Positions 59,310 through 64,000 of a stretch of 64,000 bases of DNA are shown here, one piece after another; the first letter of the stretch is position 1, and every line of letters starts with the position of its first letter. The stretch spans positions 324,539 through 388,538 of the forward strand of contig CAWEQU010000008.1 in assembly GCA_963811305.1 (NCBI GenBank). The letters are read 5' to 3'. A model generated the notes under the pieces. The model was not told the DNA's origin. It worked only from the letters and a program-made list of their open reading frames with translations, and made no database searches. This DNA is from an uncultured Chloroflexia bacterium. Its GTDB lineage: Bacteria > Chloroflexota > Chloroflexia > QHBQ01 > JADMIH01. The position numbers were made by a program, and so were the translations under genes.

Positions 59310-59672
59310 AGGAAAGGATGGTACTAACCCGATGGAGGTATTTTTCTAACCGTACTTCCAGGCTAGCAAAGGTAGGGATAGGGTCTCTAGTACATCCTCG
59401 TCATTCCATCCGAGCGCGTAAGGGAATACAATGTTGGTGGGCGTAAGAATTGAATAAATAAAGTATCCAGGATTGGCCTAACGCAGCCAATCACGCAGGA
59501 AAAAGGCAAACTCACCGAAAGGTGAGGACGCAAAGCCAATGGATCTAAGGCTCGAAAGAGCTAGGACAGCCAGGTTGCCCGGTAAAATGCCCTCACGTTC
59601 GGTATCTTTCATCCCCCCGAACACGCCCAAGCATCTGCCCGCAACCACTGTCATACACAGGGGGTTATTATC

Positions 59673-60851
59673 ATGCAGGCAGAACGCTATAACACCAAAT
59701 CTCATTACGCAAGTAATTATCTCTCATATTCTCAATTATCAATTCGCAAGGGTCTAAGATTACGCGGACTCGTGCCTCATATGCTGGCTACGCTCGTTAT
59801 GACATCTGCCATGCTTGCACAGCCGCTCTCAGCCACCTTCGCCGCGAACAGGAACACTCAGGTGCTGGGTGCCACGGGCGCTCCGGCACAGAAACAGTAT
59901 TTTGACGTAACGGGCAAAGCGGTCGCGGGCGATTTTCTGAACACCTTCCAGCGTTACGGCCTTGAGCGCGTCGGCTATCCCCTGTCTGACGAGCGTGTCG
60001 AGAACGGCCAGACGGTGCAGTACTTCGAGCGCGTCCGCATGGAGCGCCACCCTGAGCTGGCAAGCAAGGGCTACGGCGTGCTACTCACCAGGCTGGGGGT
60101 TGACCTCAACGGGGGCGACAAGTTCGCAAAGGTCGCGCCCTTCGCCTCCGAAGCGCAGAGGGTATACATCAGCCAGACGGGCCACTCCCTCTCCGAGCCG
60201 TTCCTCTCTTACTGGAGGAGCAACGGCGGGGTAGAGTTCTTCGGCTATCCCATCGCTGAGCCGATGAACCAGGACGGCATGTACGTGCAGTGGTTCGAGC
60301 GCGCCCGCTTTGAGTGGCACGCAGAGCTTGCCAAATCCGGCAAGGGCGTGCAGCTAAGCCTCCTGGGAAGGGCAGCCCTCGGCGGCAACGGCCCCCAGGC
60401 TCAGGCCGTCTCTACGCAGAAGCAGCAGTTACCTGCACCCGAAGTCAAGCTGGGTTCAATGGAGAGCTACCTGTTGAAGGCTATCAATGACCAGCGCGCC
60501 GCGGCAGGCGCACGCCAGGTGACAATCGATGGAGCCGTGACCGACCTGTCGAGAGCGCGTAGCGGCGATATGGCCGAGCGCAATTACTTCAGCCACACTA
60601 CCCCCGAAGGCGGCAAGTTCATCTCTATGCTGGTGGACCGCAAGATCAACTTCAAGTACGGCGGAGAAATCCTGACCCGCAACAACTACCCGAACGAAGA
60701 AGCCGCCCGGGTCGCCATAGAGAGCTATCTGAACAGCCCTGCTCATAAAGCAGTCATGCTCGACGGGCGATACACGGCAGTAGGCATCGGCTACGCCTTC
60801 TCCCAAGAAGACGAGATGCACTACTTCACGGTTATCTTTATCGAACAATAA
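59673..60851 (+). CDS. secreted protein: LGFP-like 'VQYFER' repeats + CAP/SCP (YkwD-like) domain
   Basis: Repeats are ..VGYPLSDERVENGQTVQYFERVRMERHPE and YWRSNGGVEFFGYPIAEPMNQDGMYVQWFERARFEWH. The CAP part is ..INDQRAAAG..MAERNYFSHTTPEG..YLNSPAHKAVMLDGRYTAVGIGY... The signal peptide suggests a start near 59787. Confidence 0.7.
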   Translation: MQAERYNTKSHYASNYLSYSQLSIRKGLRLRGLVPHMLATLVMTSAMLAQPLSATFAANRNTQVLGATGAPAQKQYFDVTGKAVAGDFLNTFQRYGLERVGYPLSDERVENGQTVQYFERVRMERHPELASKGYGVLLTRLGVDLNGGDKFAKVAPFASEAQRVYISQTGHSLSEPFLSYWRSNGGVEFFGYPIAEPMNQDGMYVQWFERARFEWHAELAKSGKGVQLSLLGRAALGGNGPQAQAVSTQKQQLPAPEVKLGSMESYLLKAINDQRAAAGARQVTIDGAVTDLSRARSGDMAERNYFSHTTPEGGKFISMLVDRKINFKYGGEILTRNNYPNEEAARVAIESYLNSPAHKAVMLDGRYTAVGIGYAFSQEDEMHYFTVIFIEQ

Positions 60852-60865
60852 CTTCCCCTCCTTCC

Positions 60866-60905
60866 GCACAAAAATGGGAGTGCAGATGCACTCCCATTTT
60901 TGTGC
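60866..60905 (+). terminator. hairpin, 19-bp perfect stem with A/T-rich shoulders
   Basis: gcacaaaaatgggagtgca-ga-tgcactcccatttttgtgc. Confidence 0.7.
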
Positions 60906-61005
60906 AAAGAGAAAATAACCTTCAGCTCATCACACAAAAGAAAGTATGTGCCACCGCACGATTTCTTTCGCGTGGGGCAAACTGGTAAAATAGAGGGGAT
61001 GTCAT

Positions 61006-63247
61006 ATGTCAGCCATAAAATTCATACGATGTAATCGTGGTGGGGGCGGGGCACGCGGGGTGCGAGGCCGCGCTTGCCGCCGCGCGCATGGGGCACCGTA
61101 CTTTGCTCGTCACCCTCAACCTCGATACGGTGGCGCTGATGCCTTGCAATCCCTCTGTTGGCGGGCCTGCCAAGGGGCACGTGGTGCGCGAGATCGATGC
61201 CCTCGGCGGGGAAATGGCACGCAACACCGACCTCACTTCCATACAGATCAGGATGTTGAACGTCAGCAAGGGTCCCGCCGTGCAGGTCCCACGCGCCCAA
61301 TGCGACAAGAAGCTTTATGCTTTGCAGATGAAGAGCGTGCTGGAGACTACTCCAAATCTCTTCCTCAAGCAGGCAAGCGTCTCCGGCCTCCTACTTGAGC
61401 CACTCGACCCCGCCGCGACAAGCGAGCATCTGGCTAGCACATTGATCCAAACTCCCCGTGCCGCCGATGAGGCCCTGAGAGCGCCCCACCGCCGCCTGAA
61501 GGTGGTGGGGGTTACAACTGCTACAGGGAGCGAGTACAGGGCACGTAGCGTGGTTCTCACAACGGGCACGTTCTTACGGGGGCGGATCATATCAGGCGAG
61601 CTTACCACGCCAGCAGGAAGGGCGGGCGAAGCTCCATCGCAGGAGCTTTCGGGCGTGCTAGGTGAGCTATCATTCCCGCTAATGCGCCTCAAGACCGGTA
61701 CACCCCCACGCATAGACGCTCGCACTATAGATTTCTCCCTCACCGAGCTACAACCCGGCAGCCCAACCCCCCTCTACTTCAGCCACGAGCGCATAGAGGC
61801 GATCACGATGCAGCCGCTGGATACGTACCCGCAGGCGGAAGAGGGCAGAAGGCAGAAGGCAGAAGGCAGAAGGCAGGACATAGAAATCCAAAATCCAAAA
61901 TCCAAAATCCAAAATTGGCGCAGCCAGATGGCTTGTTACCTTGTGCATACCACGCCGGAGACGCACGCTATCATCCGCGATAACCTGGACCGCTCGCCCA
62001 TGTTCAACGGGTCGATAGAGGGGGTGGGGCCGCGATATTGCCCATCGATAGAGGACAAAATCCATCGCTTCGCAGACAAGGAGAGCCACCAGCTATTCCT
62101 TGAGCCGGAGGGGTGGCGGACTAACGAGGTGTACGTGCAGGGGTGTAGCACGTCGCTGCCGGAGGACGTGCAGTGGCGCTTGATACGCTCGATACCTGCC
62201 CTACGCGACGCGGAGATCATGCGTATAGGCTATGCCGTTGAGTATGACGCGATCCCCCCCAGCGAGATCACTGCCTGGCTGGAGAGCAAGCGCGTGGCTG
62301 GACTCTTCCTCGCGGGGCAGATCAACGGCACATCCGGCTACGAGGAAGCCGCGGGCCAGGGGATCATGGGGGGTATCAATGCCGCGCTATATTGCAGGCG
62401 GACGACGGACGACGGACGACGGACGACAGACGGTGTGCCTTCGGCAGACGATGGACGATGGACGATAGACGATAGGTGGCAGGCTCTGAGAGCACCACTC
62501 AGCCAGGGAATGCAGATGGCTGAGGCGATAGAGAAGGTGCTGGATGACATACGAGCCTGTAAGCCCTTGGTCCTTCCGCGCCACCTGGCCTACACGGGGG
62601 TGATGCTCGATGACCTCACCAGTATGGACCACCGCGAGCCTTACCGCCTGATGACTTCGCGGGCCGAATATCGTCTCCTCCTGCGTTCGGACAACGCCGA
62701 CCTGCGCCTCAGTGCTATAGGCCACGCGCTTGGCCTGGTGAGTGAGGAACGTTACGTGGCGACTATGCGCAAGGATGAGATAGTGCGTGATGCCCTGGCC
62801 CGCCTGTCGGAGGGGGTGGTTACGAATGCCGTAGCTACCCGATTATCCAGGGCGGGTTATGATGCGCCCGAATCCGGCAGGCACACGACTATGCTCGAAT
62901 ACGCTCGCCGCCAATCCACGCCGTATCAAACTCTGAGTGTGCTTCTTCCCGATCTCGACGCATCCGACCCACTCATGGAGGAGGCTATGCAGCAGACGGA
63001 GATTGCCGCCAAGTACGCGGGCTACATCGTCAAGCAGGAGAACGAAGTGGCGCGCACCCGCAAGCTGGAAGAGCGCGCCATCCCACAGGAGTTCCCCTTC
63101 GCCCAAATCCCCGGCCTGAAGACCGAAGCACGCGAGAAGCTGGCTCGCTTCCGCCCCTCGACGGTCGGCCAGGCTTCGCGCATCGCTGGTGTTACACCTG
63201 CGGATATCGCTGTGCTGCTGGTGCATTTGAAGAGGCTGGGGACTTGA
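61006..63247 (+). CDS. mnmG: tRNA uridine-5-carboxymethylaminomethyl synthesis enzyme MnmG (GidA) with in-frame repeat-array insertions; N-terminal frame break
   Basis: YDVIVVGAGHAGCEAALAAARMG, GPRYCPSIEDK and SRAEYRL are present. ATG 61006 has an upstream GAGGGGA and TGgTAAAAT but is one frame off YDVIVVG (which opens at 61019), so an indel near 61015-61025 is implied. The alternative start is GTG 61037. Confidence 0.85.
61844..61915 (+). repeat. (GGCAGAA)4-5 + (ATCCAAA)4 arrays translated inside mnmG
   Basis: Read as EGRRQKAEGRRQDIEIQNPKSKIQNW. Confidence 0.9.
62398..62476 (+). repeat. (GGACGAC)4 - TGCCTTCGGCA hairpin - (GACGATG)2(GACGATA)2 arrays translated inside mnmG
   Basis: Read as RRTTDDGRRTTDGVPSADDGRWTIDDRW. 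Confidence 0.9.
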
Positions 63248-63344
63248 TATTAGGCTAGTACACCAAATTTGCCTGGGCGATTGACGTGTCTAGAATGCCA
63301 CGATAAGATAAGGCTATAAGGAAGCTGTACGTCACGGAGCACGC

Positions 63345-63632
63345 ATGAAACTGAGAGATTTAAGAGAGAAACGCTCAGAAATACTAAGCACGGCGGCCCA
63401 GCATGGGGCATTCAATGTGCGTGTTTTCGGGTCGATAGCCAGGGGAGACTCAAGTGCGAATAGCGATGTGGATTTCCTGGTAGAGCTAGAGCCTGGGCGC
63501 AGTCTCCTAGACCATGTGGCTCTATTGCAAGACCTGGAAGAATTGCTTGGCTGTGAAGTAGATTTAGTTGAGCCTGAGGGTCTGCACTGGTATATACGTG
63601 ACCGCGTGCTGAATGAGGCTATACCGCTGTGA
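63345..63632 (+). CDS. mntA: MNT-type nucleotidyltransferase antitoxin (type VII TA)
   Basis: ..RVFGSIARGDSSANSDVDFLVELEPGRSLLD.. is the G-S-x(n)-D-x-D polymerase-beta-like motif. Confidence 0.8.
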   Translation: MKLRDLREKRSEILSTAAQHGAFNVRVFGSIARGDSSANSDVDFLVELEPGRSLLDHVALLQDLEELLGCEVDLVEPEGLHWYIRDRVLNEAIPL

Positions 63633-63964
63633 GAGATGACAAGCTGTATCTCATTCATATCACTGAGTGTATCTCTCGCATCGAACAGTACACAGCGGAA
63701 GGGAAAGAGGCTTTTTTCGCTGACACAAAGACGCAAGATGCGGTGCTCAGGAATTTGCAGACTATGGCAGAGGCAACGCAACGTCTAGCGGACTCTCTCA
63801 AGCTAAAGCACCCAGACATTAATTGGCAGGGGATAGCAGGCTTCCGTAATGTGCTTGTCCATGACTACCTGGGCATCAATCTGGTTCGCGTCTGGGAAAT
63901 CATCGAGACTTATCTACCCGAACTTGAGAAAAAGATTGCCGCAATATTAGAGGATCAACCCTAG
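63629..63964 (+). CDS. hepT: HepT-type (DUF86) RNase toxin
   Basis: ..FRNVLVHDYLGINLVRVWEI.. contains the R-x4-HD motif. It overlaps the MNT stop by 4 nt. Confidence 0.8.
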   Translation: MRDDKLYLIHITECISRIEQYTAEGKEAFFADTKTQDAVLRNLQTMAEATQRLADSLKLKHPDINWQGIAGFRNVLVHDYLGINLVRVWEIIETYLPELEKKIAAILEDQP

Positions 63965-64000
63965 CGACATGTCGCGCACAGCCCACATAGCGGCACTACA

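Noticed and set aside
61844-62476. The MnmG insertions could be inteins or programmed frameshift sites.
   Set aside because: There are no intein splice-junction or endonuclease motifs. The inserts are low-complexity translations of heptamer arrays and keep the host frame.
1-64000. The many frame changes might reflect programmed ribosomal frameshifting.
   Set aside because: No slippery heptanucleotide plus pseudoknot context was seen. The breaks occur in unrelated genes at non-homologous positions, and some fall at homopolymer runs.

Overview
High-GC, repeat-saturated chromosomal segment. The gene content suggests a Chloroflexota-like organism, but that is inference only. I count about 55 protein genes and one tRNA-Ala(CGC), with no rRNA and no CRISPR. 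Housekeeping and envelope genes are present: murE, fmt, mnmG, hutU, corA, an aquaporin, an NfeD-stomatin pair, GT9/GT39/GT-C glycosyltransferases and a nucleotide-sugar dehydrogenase. They are interspersed with accessory and defence-type content. (1) A frame-disrupted type IIG restriction-modification (RM) gene is followed by an unassigned PD-(D/E)xK gene and hicBA, and each cassette is bounded by a relic of the RM gene 3' end. (2) A decayed, AT-richer island carries a GHKL ATPase, an MtlR/DUF4145-like gene and an SPPF-type DNA methyltransferase. (3) There is a TIR-NB-ARC-TPR protein and a cyclase-STAND-TPR protein. (4) Other modules are ParE/CopG, MNT/HepT, two HicB genes, a Uma2 gene, and a RAYT-type Y1 transposase with 61-nt perfect inverted flanks. 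Three repeat systems dominate the non-coding DNA: (i) nested palindromes assembled from 7-8-nt tandem arrays, which also sit open-reading inside mnmG, the RM gene and the cyclase-STAND gene; (ii) an 85-170-bp MITE-like palindrome in 8 copies; (iii) GTAGGGGC-type REP hairpins. Several near-consensus promoters end 6-9 nt before the ATG, implying leaderless mRNAs. Roughly 40 frame disruptions are present and unevenly distributed. Some map to G4/C4 runs, so assembly indels and genuine gene decay cannot be separated from this sequence alone.
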